Origin: Deferribacterales bacterium Deferri_01
GTDB taxonomy: Bacteria; Chrysiogenota; Deferribacteres; Deferribacterales; Geovibrionaceae
NCBI GenBank assembly: GCA_001603805.1
Contig: LUZY01000013.1
Coordinates: forward strand, 348,723 to 412,722
Length of the DNA: 64,000 nucleotides
Direction: 5' to 3'
Of the stretch, positions 40,074 to 50,264 are shown piece after piece. The notes beneath the pieces were generated by a model that was given only the letters and a program-made list of their open reading frames with translations, had not been told where the DNA came from and ran no database searches. A program made the translations under genes and the position numbers. How positions within the stretch are numbered: the stretch's first letter is position 1; every line of letters starts with the position of its first letter.

Positions 40074-40952
40074 TTAGTAAATATCTATAGCTCCGCTAAG
40101 ATAGTATATAAAATAACCGTCAACACGGAGAACATTCAGTTCATAGGAATCGGGCAGAGGGACACCCCCCATGTTGCGGAGCGCACGCACTGCCTCATTA
40201 TCAAGATCAGGGTAGCCGCTGCTTTTTACCACCTGAACATCAGTTATTCTTCCGTCCTTATGTATGGCAAACTTGATGCGCACCGTACCCTGCTCTCCAC
40301 GCATAGCGGCTGAATAAGGGTAAGCCCATGTCTGATAAAGCTGACGGCGGAATTTATAAAAATACGAAGTATAGCGTGTTTTGACCTCCTGCATAGACAC
40401 CGTATCTTCACCGGTTTTATCACCTCCGCCTTCCGCAGCTCTGTTTATAACATCAGTGGGATTAAGAATCCGGTCTATAACTTCCCTGTCAAGCCCCTGT
40501 ATCGAATCTCTCTGGGGAAAATCCATCTTAGGAAGCTCAGGTTTTTCCAGTTTGTCCGGCTCTGCTCTTCGGGTCTGCTGATCTTTCGGAGCTGGAACAG
40601 GACGCTCCCTGCCTGGCTTTTCACTCTGCTTTTGCTGCTGGTCTTTTACACCTGTCTGCTGCTTTTCGGCAGATTTTGCAGAAGCTTGCTGATCATCCGG
40701 AGTAACTTTTATCACTTCTTTCTCAGGTTTTGATTCAGGAACAGGTTGAGGTCTGGGTACAGGCTCAGGCGGCGTCTGCCTTACAGGAGGCGGCGGAGTT
40801 TCTTTTTCTTTCTCTATTATTTCCACACTGATCGGTTTCTCTTTCTTCTCCGGTTCATCAATTTTAATGAACATAAAAAGAAGAAGATGAAGCATAGCCG
40901 AAATCAGCAAAAACCATGCGAGTCTTGAGTTCATTTTTATAATTATAGTCAA
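40074..40952 (-). CDS. tonB: TonB-family energy transducer
   Basis: N-terminal TM anchor, a Pro-rich spacer (PPPPVRQTPPEPVPRPQPVPE) and a C-terminal TonB domain (GTVRIKFAIHKDGRITDVQVVKSSGYPDLD). TTG start. Confidence 0.8.
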   Translation of the reverse strand: MTIIIKMNSRLAWFLLISAMLHLLLFMFIKIDEPEKKEKPISVEIIEKEKETPPPPVRQTPPEPVPRPQPVPESKPEKEVIKVTPDDQQASAKSAEKQQTGVKDQQQKQSEKPGRERPVPAPKDQQTRRAEPDKLEKPELPKMDFPQRDSIQGLDREVIDRILNPTDVINRAAEGGGDKTGEDTVSMQEVKTRYTSYFYKFRRQLYQTWAYPYSAAMRGEQGTVRIKFAIHKDGRITDVQVVKSSGYPDLDNEAVRALRNMGGVPLPDSYELNVLRVDGYFIYYLSGAIDIY

Positions 40953-41041
40953 TTCCTTATTAAATCAAGTGCCAGAAACACTATGATTCATATGACAGCC
41001 ACACATCTTTTTTGTTCCATATTAAAATCCATATCAAAACA

Positions 41042-41072
41042 CTTGACATGAATCGACTCAGATATTATTAAT
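41042..41072 (+). promoter_or_regulatory. Sigma-70-type promoter overlapping a HAIR-like inverted repeat (putative HspR operator) upstream of hsp20
   Basis: CTTGACA-TGAATCG-ACTCAGA compared with the HAIR consensus CTTGAGT-N7-ACTCAAG. TTGACA, a 17-nt spacer and TATTAT/TATTAA form the -35/-10 elements about 35 bp upstream of hsp20. Confidence 0.45.
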
Positions 41073-41105
41073 TCTACTAGATAACATTTTCTACGGAGGT
41101 TTTCT

Positions 41106-41543
41106 ATGGCAATTGTAAGATGGGATCCGCTTAAAGACCTGATGGCCATGCACGACAGAATCAACAAGATGTTCAATGACTCCTTCGACAAACAAAGCTC
41201 ACCGGCATATGGTGAATGGATGCCCCCGGTGGACATATATGAAACGGAGGATGAAATTGTCGTAATCTCTGAACTGCCCGGAATAGACGAAAATGATGTG
41301 GATATCCAGGTAGCTGAAGGAGTGCTGACCCTTAAGGGTGAAAAAAAATATCCTGTTGACAGAGAATCGGACAATTACTACAGACTTGAACGTGCATACG
41401 GAAAATTCCAGCGTTCATTCGCTGTACCGAACACCATAGATATGAATTCAATAAAGGCGAATCTGAAAGACGGTGTGCTTAAAATTATCCTGAAAAAGCG
41501 TGCGGAAATAAAACCCACGGTAATAAAGGTTGAGACCGAGTAA
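41106..41543 (+). CDS. Hsp20/alpha-crystallin small heat-shock protein
   Basis: Alpha-crystallin domain (WMPPVDIYETEDEIVVISELPG..., AYGKFQRSFAVP). RBS GGAGG. Confidence 0.9.
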   Translation: MAIVRWDPLKDLMAMHDRINKMFNDSFDKQSSPAYGEWMPPVDIYETEDEIVVISELPGIDENDVDIQVAEGVLTLKGEKKYPVDRESDNYYRLERAYGKFQRSFAVPNTIDMNSIKANLKDGVLKIILKKRAEIKPTVIKVETE

Positions 41544-41570
41544 GCACCGCTTAAAAAACGAAGGTGAAAA

Positions 41571-42674
41571 ATGGCTAAAGACTACTACGAAGAGCTGGGC
41601 GTCGGGCGTGGCGCAACCGCTGATGAAATAAAAAAGGCATACAGAAAACTTGCCCGCAAGTATCACCCTGACGTTAACCCGGGTGATAAAACAGCAGAAG
41701 ACAGGTTTAAGAAGATCTCCGAGGCTTACGGCGTTCTCAGTAATGAGGAAAAACGCAAACAGTACGACTCAGTGGGACACGATGCCTTTGTATCCGGCGG
41801 TCAGGGGTATGACTTCTCCGGCGCTAATTTTGACGATATCAGAAACACCTTCGGCGGCGGCTTCGACTTTGACGATATATTCGGCGACCTTTTCGGCGGC
41901 GGCAGACGTTCAGCCGGCAGAAACAGAGTGATGCGCGGTGATGATCTCTACTACAACGTACGCATACCTTTTTATGATGTAATACACGGCAACGAATACG
42001 AACTGAACATCAACCACACTGTGACCTGCTCTGTATGCGGCGGTAAAGGCGGCGAAAAAAAAGCATGCCCAACATGCGGAGGAACAGGTCAGTCCTCACG
42101 CAATAAGGGCGGATTTTTTGTGGGCAGCGTATGTACAAGCTGCGGAGGTTCCGGTCAGGTTACTGTTAAGCAGTGCGGTACATGCCACGGCAAAGGGCAT
42201 GTGGAAAGCAAAGAACGAATCAAAGTGCGCATCCCTAAAGGCGTGGATAAGAATTCAAAAATACGTGTTCCCGGCAAAGGCAACGCAGGTGTAAACGGCG
42301 GAGCATCCGGTGACTTATATATTGTCACCAATGTTCAGGATCACCCTGTGTACAGACGTGAAGGTGATAATCTCTATGTTGATGTGGAGATGGACATGTT
42401 TGAAGCGGCACTCGGTGCAAAGATCGAAGCCCCTACTCCATACGGAGCTGTAACGCTGAATATACCCGCAGGTACACAGTCTGGACAGAAATTCAGGCTG
42501 AAAAACAAAGGTGTTCCAATGCTGAAAGGCAGCGGAACAGGAGATCTTTACCTTGTAATAAATGTTAAAATTCCTTCTGTTGCTTATGAAGCTGACAGGG
42601 AAGCTCTCAGGGAAATGATGCAGAAATACGCAACGAGCGCACGGGAAGATCTTTTAAAAAAAGGCAAGATATAA
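41571..42674 (+). CDS. dnaJ: Chaperone DnaJ
   Basis: J-domain with HPD (KDYYEELGV...YHPDVNP), a G/F region and four CxxCxGxG zinc-finger repeats. Confidence 0.9.
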   Translation: MAKDYYEELGVGRGATADEIKKAYRKLARKYHPDVNPGDKTAEDRFKKISEAYGVLSNEEKRKQYDSVGHDAFVSGGQGYDFSGANFDDIRNTFGGGFDFDDIFGDLFGGGRRSAGRNRVMRGDDLYYNVRIPFYDVIHGNEYELNINHTVTCSVCGGKGGEKKACPTCGGTGQSSRNKGGFFVGSVCTSCGGSGQVTVKQCGTCHGKGHVESKERIKVRIPKGVDKNSKIRVPGKGNAGVNGGASGDLYIVTNVQDHPVYRREGDNLYVDVEMDMFEAALGAKIEAPTPYGAVTLNIPAGTQSGQKFRLKNKGVPMLKGSGTGDLYLVINVKIPSVAYEADREALREMMQKYATSAREDLLKKGKI

Positions 42675-42725
42675 AACATCCGGTTTCCTGAAAAGAATAT
42701 TTAAGGAACCTCAGCAAGGTGACAT

Positions 42726-43106
42726 ATGGCAAATAAACCTCTGTATGTAATAAGCATAGTATCGGAAATGCTGGAACTTCATCCGCAGACACTGCGCCAG
42801 TATGAACGTATGGGGCTTGTAACCCCTTCCCGCACAGTGGGAAATACAAGGCTTTACTCCGATGAGGATATTGAAAGGCTAAAGTTTATAATGACCCTCT
42901 CAAAAGACATGGGAGTAAACCTTGCGGGAATTGAAATTATTCTGAACATGCGTGAGCAGATAGAAACACTCCACGCCCAGCTCGAGGGCATGAAAGAATA
43001 TGTCCGGCAGCGTATGGGCGAGGAGATGAAGGCAAAAGAGGCGGAAAAGGCTCTGATTCCCTCTCCGCCGAAAGAAATAATTAAAATAAAAATCGAAAAA
43101 GAATAA
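42726..43106 (+). CDS. hspR: MerR-family heat-shock repressor HspR
   Basis: MerR-type HTH (YVISIVSEMLELHPQTLRQYERMGLVTPSRTVGNTRLYSDEDIERLKFI). It lies in the conserved dnaJ-hspR-clpB arrangement. Confidence 0.85.
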   Translation: MANKPLYVISIVSEMLELHPQTLRQYERMGLVTPSRTVGNTRLYSDEDIERLKFIMTLSKDMGVNLAGIEIILNMREQIETLHAQLEGMKEYVRQRMGEEMKAKEAEKALIPSPPKEIIKIKIEKE

Positions 43107-43129
43107 GCCTCACAAGGAGGTAACATACA

Positions 43130-45736
43130 ATGATTAACTTCAACAAAATGACTATAAAAGCGCAGGAGGCAGCAGAGCAGGCTCTTGCCCTCGCCTCTGA
43201 AAAAAATCAGCAGCAGATAGAGCCCGAACACTTTCTTATTGCCCTTTTAAAACAGGAGGACGGGCTTGTGAAGCCTCTTCTTCAGAAGGCAGGCGTCAAT
43301 GTGAATGCTCTGGAAGCAGGCACAGATGATATCATAAACTCCCTTCCCACTGTCAGCGGTTCGGGTCAGCAGTATTTCTCTCCTGACTGCAACAAGGCAC
43401 TGGAAAAGGCATTTAAAATAATAAAAGACTTCGGGGACGAGTATGTCTCTACTGAACATATTCTCCTCGGTATAATTGATAACGCAGGCTACAGACTGCG
43501 CACCCTGCTTTCTCAGACAGGAGCGGATAAGAAAGCCGTGGAAAAGGCGATAAAGGAAGTCAGAGGTTCAGCCAAGGTTACAGACCAGAACCCTGAAGGC
43601 AAAATGAACGCCATAGAGAAATACACAATCAACCTTACAAACCTTGCCAGAGAAGGCAAACTTGATCCCGTTATAGGACGTGATGAGGAAATAAGGCGTG
43701 TTGTGCATGTTCTCTCCCGCAGGACAAAAAACAACCCCGTTCTGATAGGCGAACCGGGTGTCGGCAAAACTGCCATTGTTGAAGGACTGGCGCACAGAAT
43801 AGTAAACGGCGATGTGCCGGACTCCCTGAAAGATAAAACAGTAGCATCCCTTGACATGGGTGCGCTTATCGCAGGAACAAAATTCAGGGGCGAATTTGAA
43901 GAGAGACTTAAAGCCATCCTCACCCAGATAAGAGAAAAGGAAGGCGAAATAATACTCTTTATAGACGAAATGCACACTCTTGTGGGTGCTGGTGCGGCAG
44001 AAGGAGCGATGGACGCTGCTAATCTTCTCAAACCCGCTCTGGCGAGGGGCGATCTGCACTGTATAGGCGCAACAACCCTTGATGAATACAAAAAACATAT
44101 TGAAAAAGATGCCGCCCTTGAAAGACGTTTTCAGCCTGTAATGGTTAAGGAGCCCAGCGTTGAGGATACCGTTTCAATACTGAGAGGACTCAAGGAAAAA
44201 TATGAGGTTCACCACGGGGTGCGTATAAAAGACTCTGCACTTGTGGCGGCTGCTCATTTGGCAAAGAAATACATAAGCGACCGCTTTATGCCCGATAAAG
44301 CCATAGACCTTATTGATGAAGCCACAGCAAAACTGAGGATGGAGATAGACAGCCTCCCCACAGAGCTTGATGAAACAGAACGTAAGATCACACAGCTTGA
44401 AATAGAAAAACAGGCACTTAAACGTGAGTCTGACAATGTGAGTAAAAACCGCTTGGTCAAACTTGAGGAAGAGCTTGCAAATATCAAGTCTGAGGCTGAC
44501 AGACTCAGAGCCCACTGGAGCAACGAAAAAGGACTTATCAAAAAGTCCAGAGAGATAAAAGAGCATATAGAAGAGGAAAAGCATCAAATGCAGAAGGCCG
44601 AGCGTGAAGGAAACTTCGCCCTCGCCTCAGAAATAAAATACAGCAGGCTTGTCCAGCTTGATAAAGAACTTGAAGAGGCTAACGCAAAACTCGCCGAAAT
44701 TCAGAGCGGTAAAAAAATGCTCAAAGAGGAAGTGGACGAGGAAGACATAGCCGCTATAGTTTCCAAATGGACAGGAATACCTGTGACCAAACTCATGCAG
44801 GAAGAAGCCGACAAGCTCATCAACATGGAAGACTACCTCCACAAAAGGGTCATAGGACAGGACAGAGCAATAAAAGCAGTGAGTGAAGCAGTCCGCAGAA
44901 ACAGAGCCGGTCTGGGCGACCCGAACAGACCCATTGGTTCATTCATATTCCTTGGACCCACTGGCGTCGGTAAAACGGAGCTGGCAAAGGCACTTGCGGA
45001 GTTTATGTTTGACTCGGAAGATGCGATGATCCGCATAGATATGAGTGAGTACATGGAGAAACACGCAGTAGCAAAGCTTATCGGAGCGCCTCCCGGATAT
45101 GTGGGGTATGATGAAGGCGGACAGCTTACTGAAAGAGTACGCCGCAAACCATACGCTGTCATACTCATGGACGAGATAGAAAAAGCGCATCCGGATGTTT
45201 TTAACATACTGCTCCAGATGCTTGATGACGGCAGGCTCACAGATTCCAAAGGCAGAACTGTAAGCTTTAAAAACTGTGTAGTAATAATGACATCAAACAT
45301 CGCATCGCAGGAGATACAGGAAGAATTCGCCAAGGAAAGCTCTATGGAACAGAAATATATGTTCATAGATAACGTGGTGATGAACAGGCTTTCATCATTC
45401 TTTAAACCGGAGTTTCTTAACAGGCTGGATGATATTATTGTATTCCACCCTCTTAATAAGGAACATCTTTATAATATTGCAGAAATGCTTATGAGAGATT
45501 TTGCTGCAAGAATGCGTGAAAATTCTGTTGAACTTGTCTGGGATGATTCTGTCATTATAGAAATAGTAAAAGCAGGTTTTGATCCTGCTTTCGGCGCCAG
45601 ACCCATGAAAAGAGCCATAAGGAAACTTGTGGAAAACAAACTGGCGGAAGCACTTATAAAAGGTGACATAAAAGCAGAACAGAAAATAAAACTGACCTAT
45701 GGTCAAACCGGCATGAACTTCAGTACAACCTCCTGA
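43130..45736 (+). CDS. clpB: Chaperone ClpB (Hsp100 disaggregase)
   Basis: Two AAA+ modules (GEPGVGKT and GPTGVGKTE), a long coiled-coil middle domain and the Clp N-domain. 868 aa. Confidence 0.95.
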   Translation: MINFNKMTIKAQEAAEQALALASEKNQQQIEPEHFLIALLKQEDGLVKPLLQKAGVNVNALEAGTDDIINSLPTVSGSGQQYFSPDCNKALEKAFKIIKDFGDEYVSTEHILLGIIDNAGYRLRTLLSQTGADKKAVEKAIKEVRGSAKVTDQNPEGKMNAIEKYTINLTNLAREGKLDPVIGRDEEIRRVVHVLSRRTKNNPVLIGEPGVGKTAIVEGLAHRIVNGDVPDSLKDKTVASLDMGALIAGTKFRGEFEERLKAILTQIREKEGEIILFIDEMHTLVGAGAAEGAMDAANLLKPALARGDLHCIGATTLDEYKKHIEKDAALERRFQPVMVKEPSVEDTVSILRGLKEKYEVHHGVRIKDSALVAAAHLAKKYISDRFMPDKAIDLIDEATAKLRMEIDSLPTELDETERKITQLEIEKQALKRESDNVSKNRLVKLEEELANIKSEADRLRAHWSNEKGLIKKSREIKEHIEEEKHQMQKAEREGNFALASEIKYSRLVQLDKELEEANAKLAEIQSGKKMLKEEVDEEDIAAIVSKWTGIPVTKLMQEEADKLINMEDYLHKRVIGQDRAIKAVSEAVRRNRAGLGDPNRPIGSFIFLGPTGVGKTELAKALAEFMFDSEDAMIRIDMSEYMEKHAVAKLIGAPPGYVGYDEGGQLTERVRRKPYAVILMDEIEKAHPDVFNILLQMLDDGRLTDSKGRTVSFKNCVVIMTSNIASQEIQEEFAKESSMEQKYMFIDNVVMNRLSSFFKPEFLNRLDDIIVFHPLNKEHLYNIAEMLMRDFAARMRENSVELVWDDSVIIEIVKAGFDPAFGARPMKRAIRKLVENKLAEALIKGDIKAEQKIKLTYGQTGMNFSTTS

Positions 45737-45741
45737 AAAGA

Positions 45742-45768
45742 GGCGGGGGCAGCACCCCGCCTTTTTTA
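45742..45768 (+). terminator. Rho-independent terminator after clpB
   Basis: GGCGGGGGCAGCACCCCGCC followed by TTTTTT. Confidence 0.6.
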
Positions 45769-45878
45769 TATTCATGAAAAAAGCTTTTATAAATAAACCA
45801 TATACAGAAATGTTTTTTGTTTCAAAATATGGTATATTTGATATACTTCTTAAGTTATATAAGGGTTGAGAGTTGAAA

Positions 45879-46817
45879 ATGGATCATGAACTTGACGACC
45901 TTCAGGAAGAGCAGGAAGAAACCGAAGAAACGGAAAGCACTGCTGAATCTGCAGAGGTTGAAGAAGTAATTCACAATGACGCCCCGCCTCCTGTGAGTGA
46001 AAACACGCTGAAGCATTATCTTAACAGCATCAGCAAATACAAACCGATGACAAAAGAGCAGGAGTTTGTGATAGGGGAAAGAATACAAAAGGGCGATAAA
46101 GATGCTCTTAATACTCTTATACTCTCAAATCTCAAATTTGTTGTTTCAATCGCAAACCGCTACAGGAACACTGGTTTACCTATTTCTGATCTGATAAATC
46201 AAGGCAATTTAGGACTTGTGGAGGCGGCAAAACGCTTCGACCATACCAAAGGAGTAAAATTCATCTCCTATGCAGTATGGTGGATACGCCAGGCTATCAT
46301 TCAGGCTCTGGCGGAACAGTCGGGAACAGTGAAGCTGCCTATTAAACAGGCAGGGATATTATACAAAATAAACGGTGCCATAGAAAAACTCAGCAAACAG
46401 CTCGGGCGTGAGGCTACAAACAGCGAGCTTGCCGAATATCTCGGCATGGAAGAACCGGACATTGAAAATGTTCTGCGTGTTTCAAGAAACTATCTGTCAC
46501 TTGAAGCACCAATAAAAGACGGAGAAGACCGTTCTTTTATAGATCTCCTTGAATCAGGTTCTAAAAGTATAGAAGAAGATATAATCTCCAAAACCCTTAA
46601 ACAGGCTCTTGGTGACATTATTGATGAGCTTACCGAGCGTGAGGCAAAGATTATAGAGCTTCGTTTCGGCATAGAAGGTGATGCGCCGAAAACTCTGGAA
46701 GAAATAGGCGATATGCTTAAAATAAGCCGTGAGCGAGTGCGCCAGCTTGAGGCTAGAGCATTATCAAAACTCCGCAAGAAAGCCATGCGGAAAAAACTCC
46801 ACGACTTTTTAAACTAA
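45879..46817 (+). CDS. Sigma-70 family RNA polymerase sigma factor (group 2/3, RpoS/RpoH-like size) with an acidic N-terminus
   Basis: Region 2 (FISYAVWWIRQAI), region 3 and region 4.2 HTH (TLEEIGDMLKISRERVRQLEARALSKLR). ATG start chosen (MDHELDD). The track ORF begins at a TTG two codons upstream. Confidence 0.8.
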   Translation: MDHELDDLQEEQEETEETESTAESAEVEEVIHNDAPPPVSENTLKHYLNSISKYKPMTKEQEFVIGERIQKGDKDALNTLILSNLKFVVSIANRYRNTGLPISDLINQGNLGLVEAAKRFDHTKGVKFISYAVWWIRQAIIQALAEQSGTVKLPIKQAGILYKINGAIEKLSKQLGREATNSELAEYLGMEEPDIENVLRVSRNYLSLEAPIKDGEDRSFIDLLESGSKSIEEDIISKTLKQALGDIIDELTEREAKIIELRFGIEGDAPKTLEEIGDMLKISRERVRQLEARALSKLRKKAMRKKLHDFLN

Positions 46818-46853
46818 AAAAAGCGGAAGGCAGAACCTTCCGCTTTATTTTTT
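46815..46853. terminator. Bidirectional rho-independent terminator between the sigma factor gene and lipoprotein paralogue A
   Basis: AAAAAAA-GCGGAAGGCAGAACCTTCCGC-TTTATTTTTT. Confidence 0.6.
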
Positions 46854-46865
46854 AATTACAAACAA

Positions 46866-48134
46866 TTAATTGAATACGTTACCAATACGCACTTCCTCAG
46901 CTTCCCATTCGGCAGGTTCGCTTGAGCCTAAGTTTCTCTCTATACCGATTACAGAACCGTAAAATGAAAGAGTCTGGTCCTCGAACTCGTAATTAAGAGC
47001 AATCATCTCTATATTCTCTTCATTATCATCAATATATTTTCCAAAAAACAGAATACTGTCTTCTCTTGTATCTATAAAACCTTTGAAAGTATCATCCCCT
47101 TCGGTGAGTGTAACGTTGCAGCCATCCTGCACAATAGTCACTGTGCCGTTGTCTTCCTCTATTTCAGTAGGGTCATTGCTGCTTATAATGCGAGAAATGA
47201 AAGGCATATCTGTAACAGAGAGGTCAACACTTGAGCATGAGGGATCTTCGGGGTTAGCCCCTACAGCACGTTTCATGGTTGCTGTTGCAGTGCATGAGCC
47301 GTCCTTGGGTGAAAAAGTCATAAGAAACTCACTGGAATCCGTGTATTCCATAGACATATTATATTCAGGCATACCCGTCTCAGTATATTGACGAAGAACA
47401 GCGGAATTAGGATCAGTCAGGTTTCCTGAAAAGAAGTCAATGTTCTCAATCACCTGTTTCACTGAGGCTGAAGACAAGCCGGAAGGAAGAGTGGATGGTT
47501 GCTTTGAATAGTTTGCAGAAATGGTGTAAAGGTTAACTGAGCCTCCGGTTAAATAAGCTATGAATCTTTCAGTTGTGTTATCCTCACCATCGCACACAAT
47601 ATTAACTTCGGCAGCATATACACCGTAAAGTGCATCGGAGTTCATATTGCCTATTGCCACATCCTCGTCTATGAGGTTGAGAGTGTCAAAGCTGCCAGCA
47701 AAATCGTCAAGCTCTGTTTCCTCAGTCACAAGACCGTTAATGTCATCCACAGCCGTTTCATTCATTATAAGAGTACCGTTATCCACCGAGCTGAGAGTCT
47801 GGATAAGTCTGGCAATAAGAACAGCATTGTTATGATCTGTTATATCAAAGGGGGTGATATAAGTAGCAGCGGGCGCACTTCCCAGAACAAGATTGCCTAT
47901 TCTGAAAGTTACAGTATCGCCTTCATTGAACAGGAATTTGCCTTCCGCATCGGTAAAGCCTGAATACCCGCTGGGTGAAGTGGAATAAGCTATGCCCGCC
48001 ACAGGTGCATCAACAAAAATACCTGTTGATGAAGGGGCGGATGGTTCACTGCTGCTACTGCTGCTTCCGCCGCAGCCGTAAATAAAGAGTGATAAAAGCA
48101 TAGCACTGAGTGCCGTTAAGATTATTTTGTGCAT
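46866..48134 (-). CDS. Lipoprotein, paralogue A of the tandem pair (CarboxypepD_reg-like N-terminal beta-sandwich motif)
   Basis: Signal peptide and lipobox (LLSLFIYGCGGSSSSSSEPS). TDAEGKFLFNEGDTVTFRIGNLVLG motif. ATG start 6 nt after GGAGGT. The track ORF begins at an upstream GTG. Confidence 0.7.
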   Translation of the reverse strand: MHKIILTALSAMLLSLFIYGCGGSSSSSSEPSAPSSTGIFVDAPVAGIAYSTSPSGYSGFTDAEGKFLFNEGDTVTFRIGNLVLGSAPAATYITPFDITDHNNAVLIARLIQTLSSVDNGTLIMNETAVDDINGLVTEETELDDFAGSFDTLNLIDEDVAIGNMNSDALYGVYAAEVNIVCDGEDNTTERFIAYLTGGSVNLYTISANYSKQPSTLPSGLSSASVKQVIENIDFFSGNLTDPNSAVLRQYTETGMPEYNMSMEYTDSSEFLMTFSPKDGSCTATATMKRAVGANPEDPSCSSVDLSVTDMPFISRIISSNDPTEIEEDNGTVTIVQDGCNVTLTEGDDTFKGFIDTREDSILFFGKYIDDNEENIEMIALNYEFEDQTLSFYGSVIGIERNLGSSEPAEWEAEEVRIGNVFN

Positions 48135-48175
48135 AAGCACACCTCCGCAGAAATTATAATCATTTCCAATATTTA

Positions 48176-48204
48176 ATTTTTATACGGGTGAACAAAGGTG
48201 TCAA
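48176..48204 (-). promoter_or_regulatory. Predicted sigma-70 promoter of lipoprotein paralogue A
   Basis: The minus strand reads TTGACA-N16/17-TAAAAAT about 40 nt upstream of the RBS. A copy lies upstream of paralogue B. Confidence 0.4.
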
Positions 48205-48240
48205 GCCGAAATGAACATTATTGCTGGAATTTTAGCTATT

Positions 48241-48277
48241 AAAAAAGCGGAAGATTTTACCTTCCGCTTTATTTTTT
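48241..48277. terminator. Rho-independent terminator after lipoprotein paralogue B (a duplicated copy of the 46815-46853 element)
   Basis: AAAAAA-GCGGAAGATTTTACCTTCCGC-TTTATTTTTT. Confidence 0.55.
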
Positions 48278-48284
48278 GTACAAA

Positions 48285-49541
48285 CTAATCTACAGGAAAG
48301 TAAATATCGACTTCCTCTATTGACCATTCAGCAGGTTCATTTGAGTTTAAGTTTTTTACTACTCCCATCACTTCTCCTTCAAACTCAGGATACAAATGTG
48401 TTACATTGTAGTCCATAGTAATCGTTTCAATATTCTCTTCATTATCTTCAGTATAGGTTCCGATTAATAAAATCCTTTCAGCTTGAGTATCTACAAAACC
48501 GGTAAAAGTGTCGTTCCCTTCTGTAAGAGTTACATTGCAGCCATCCTGCACAATTGAGACTGTTCCGTTATCCTTATTAAGCAGATTCTCTGAATTACTG
48601 CTGCCAATTATAATGGACCTGAAAGGAATGTTTGCTACAGATACATCAACGCTTGAGCATGTGGGATCATCAGAATTGGCACCTAAGACACGTACCATGT
48701 CCGCAGTTGCAGTGCAGGAACCGTCGCTGGATGAAAGAGTCATTTGAAACTCGCTGGAATCGGTATACTCCATAGACATATTGTATTCAGGCATATCCGC
48801 TTCTGTATATTGATGAAGCACTGCAGAATTAGAATCTGTTAACTCTCCTGAGAAGAAATCAAAACTATCTATAGTTCTTATGCCAGAAGGAGATGATAAG
48901 CTGTTGAAACCATTCAACCTATGTTCTATTGCATAAATTTTTACCTTTCCAGCACTGATAACAACACCGAACTCTCCTGTTACATTGTCTTCACCTTCAC
49001 AAACAACAGTAGCAAGACCGGAATAAGCTCCGTAAAGAGCATCTCCATTCATATTTCCTATTGCCACATCCTCGTTTATAAGATTGAGGGTATCAAAACT
49101 CCCTGCAAAATCGTCAAGCTCTGTTTCCTCTGTCACAAGACCGTTAATGTCATCCACGGCTGTTTCATTCATTACAAGAGTGCCGTTATCCTCCGAGCTG
49201 AGGGTCTGGATAAGTCTGGCAACAAGAACAGCGTTTGTTCGGTCTGTTATGTCAAAGGGTGTGATATAACTAGCCGCAGGCGCACTTCCCAGAACAAGAT
49301 TACCTATCTTGAAAGTTACCGTATCGCCTTCATTGAACAGGAATTTACCTTCCGCATCGGTAAAGCCTGAATACCCGCTGGGTGAAGTGGAATAAGCTAT
49401 GCCCGCCACAGGTGCATCAACAAAAACACCTGTTGATGAGGGGGCGGATGGTTCACTGCTGCTACTGCTGCTTCCGCCGCAGCCGTAAATAAAGAGTGAT
49501 AAAAGCATAGCACTGAGTGCCGTTAAGATTATTTTGTGCAT
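48285..49541 (-). CDS. Lipoprotein, paralogue B of the tandem pair
   Basis: The N-terminal 160 aa or so are near-identical to paralogue A (same lipobox and leader, nucleotide-level identity). The central region is divergent and the C-terminal motifs are shared (NGTV.IVQDGCNVTLTEG.DTF). Confidence 0.7.
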   Translation of the reverse strand: MHKIILTALSAMLLSLFIYGCGGSSSSSSEPSAPSSTGVFVDAPVAGIAYSTSPSGYSGFTDAEGKFLFNEGDTVTFKIGNLVLGSAPAASYITPFDITDRTNAVLVARLIQTLSSEDNGTLVMNETAVDDINGLVTEETELDDFAGSFDTLNLINEDVAIGNMNGDALYGAYSGLATVVCEGEDNVTGEFGVVISAGKVKIYAIEHRLNGFNSLSSPSGIRTIDSFDFFSGELTDSNSAVLHQYTEADMPEYNMSMEYTDSSEFQMTLSSSDGSCTATADMVRVLGANSDDPTCSSVDVSVANIPFRSIIIGSSNSENLLNKDNGTVSIVQDGCNVTLTEGNDTFTGFVDTQAERILLIGTYTEDNEENIETITMDYNVTHLYPEFEGEVMGVVKNLNSNEPAEWSIEEVDIYFPVD

Positions 49542-49582
49542 AAGCACACCTCCGCAGAAATTATAATTATTTCCAATATTTA

Positions 49583-49611
49583 ATCTTTATACGTGTGAAC
49601 AAAGGTGTCAA
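49583..49611 (-). promoter_or_regulatory. Predicted sigma-70 promoter of lipoprotein paralogue B (duplicate of 48176-48204)
   Basis: TTGACA-N16/17-TATAAAGAT on the minus strand. Flanking sequence is near-identical to the paralogue-A upstream region. Confidence 0.4.
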
Positions 49612-49730
49612 GTTAAAATGAACATAAGTAATGTTTGAGGTATACTCGTTAATTTGATAAATGGATCTGCGAAAAAAATTCAAGGAATAATAGAGAGATA
49701 TGAAGGCAGCGGATTAGGCTGCCGATATAA

Positions 49731-50264
49731 TTAACAGTTGTTTTTTATTTCTTCCAGAGTGAGGATCGAATACACACCCTCTTCCCCTTTTTTATCTATG
49801 ATAACCGCACAGCCGGCAAGTTCTGCACCTGATTGCGCTACAATCTCTTTCACAGCTTTCAGGGTGTTTCCTCTGGCGAAAAAATCATCCACATATATAA
49901 CCCTGTCATCACTGCTGAGAACCTCTTTTGAGACGTAAAGAGTAGTGTTCTCCTGCTTGGTAAAGGAATAACTTTCAGCACTGTAAAAATCTGCCATTGT
50001 AATGGGTTTCTTTTTCTTGGCAAAAATGTAGGGAATCCCCAGCGCCTCCGCCAAAGGATGAGCTATGGTTATTCCGCTGGTTTCCGCAGTAACTATTTTG
50101 GTAAGTCCGGCATTTTTAAAATGCTGCGCCATATCATCCGCCATGATGCGGAAAAGCTCTATATCAACCTGATGGTTGATAAATTTATCAACCTTGACGA
50201 CCTCGCCGTTTACACTGCCGTATTTTTTTATTCTCTCAAGCAGAGCTTCGCTTGCTTTTCTCAT
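49731..50264 (-). CDS. xpt: Xanthine phosphoribosyltransferase
   Basis: PRTase motif VIYVDDFFARGNT and the Xpt-specific N-terminus (LERIKKYGSVNGEVVKVDKFINHQVD). Confidence 0.9.
   Translation of the reverse strand: MRKASEALLERIKKYGSVNGEVVKVDKFINHQVDIELFRIMADDMAQHFKNAGLTKIVTAETSGITIAHPLAEALGIPYIFAKKKKPITMADFYSAESYSFTKQENTTLYVSKEVLSSDDRVIYVDDFFARGNTLKAVKEIVAQSGAELAGCAVIIDKKGEEGVYSILTLEEIKNNC

Larger units (their letters stand above)
46815..49632. repeat. Tandem direct duplication of about 1.42 kb. Each unit contains a promoter, a lipoprotein gene and a terminator.
   Basis: The 5' leader/RBS segment (CATAAGCACACCTCCGCAGAAATTATAAT...GGTGTCAAG) and the terminator (AAAAAGCGGAAG...CTTCCGCTTTATTTTTT) recur at 48136-48225 / 49543-49632 and at 46815-46853 / 48241-48277. 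The coding 5' ends are identical. Confidence 0.75.

Noticed and set aside
41544-41570. CIRCE (HrcA) element in front of dnaJ
   Set aside because: No TTAGCACTC-N9-GAGTGCTAA-like sequence is present. The operon instead carries a HAIR-like site upstream of hsp20.
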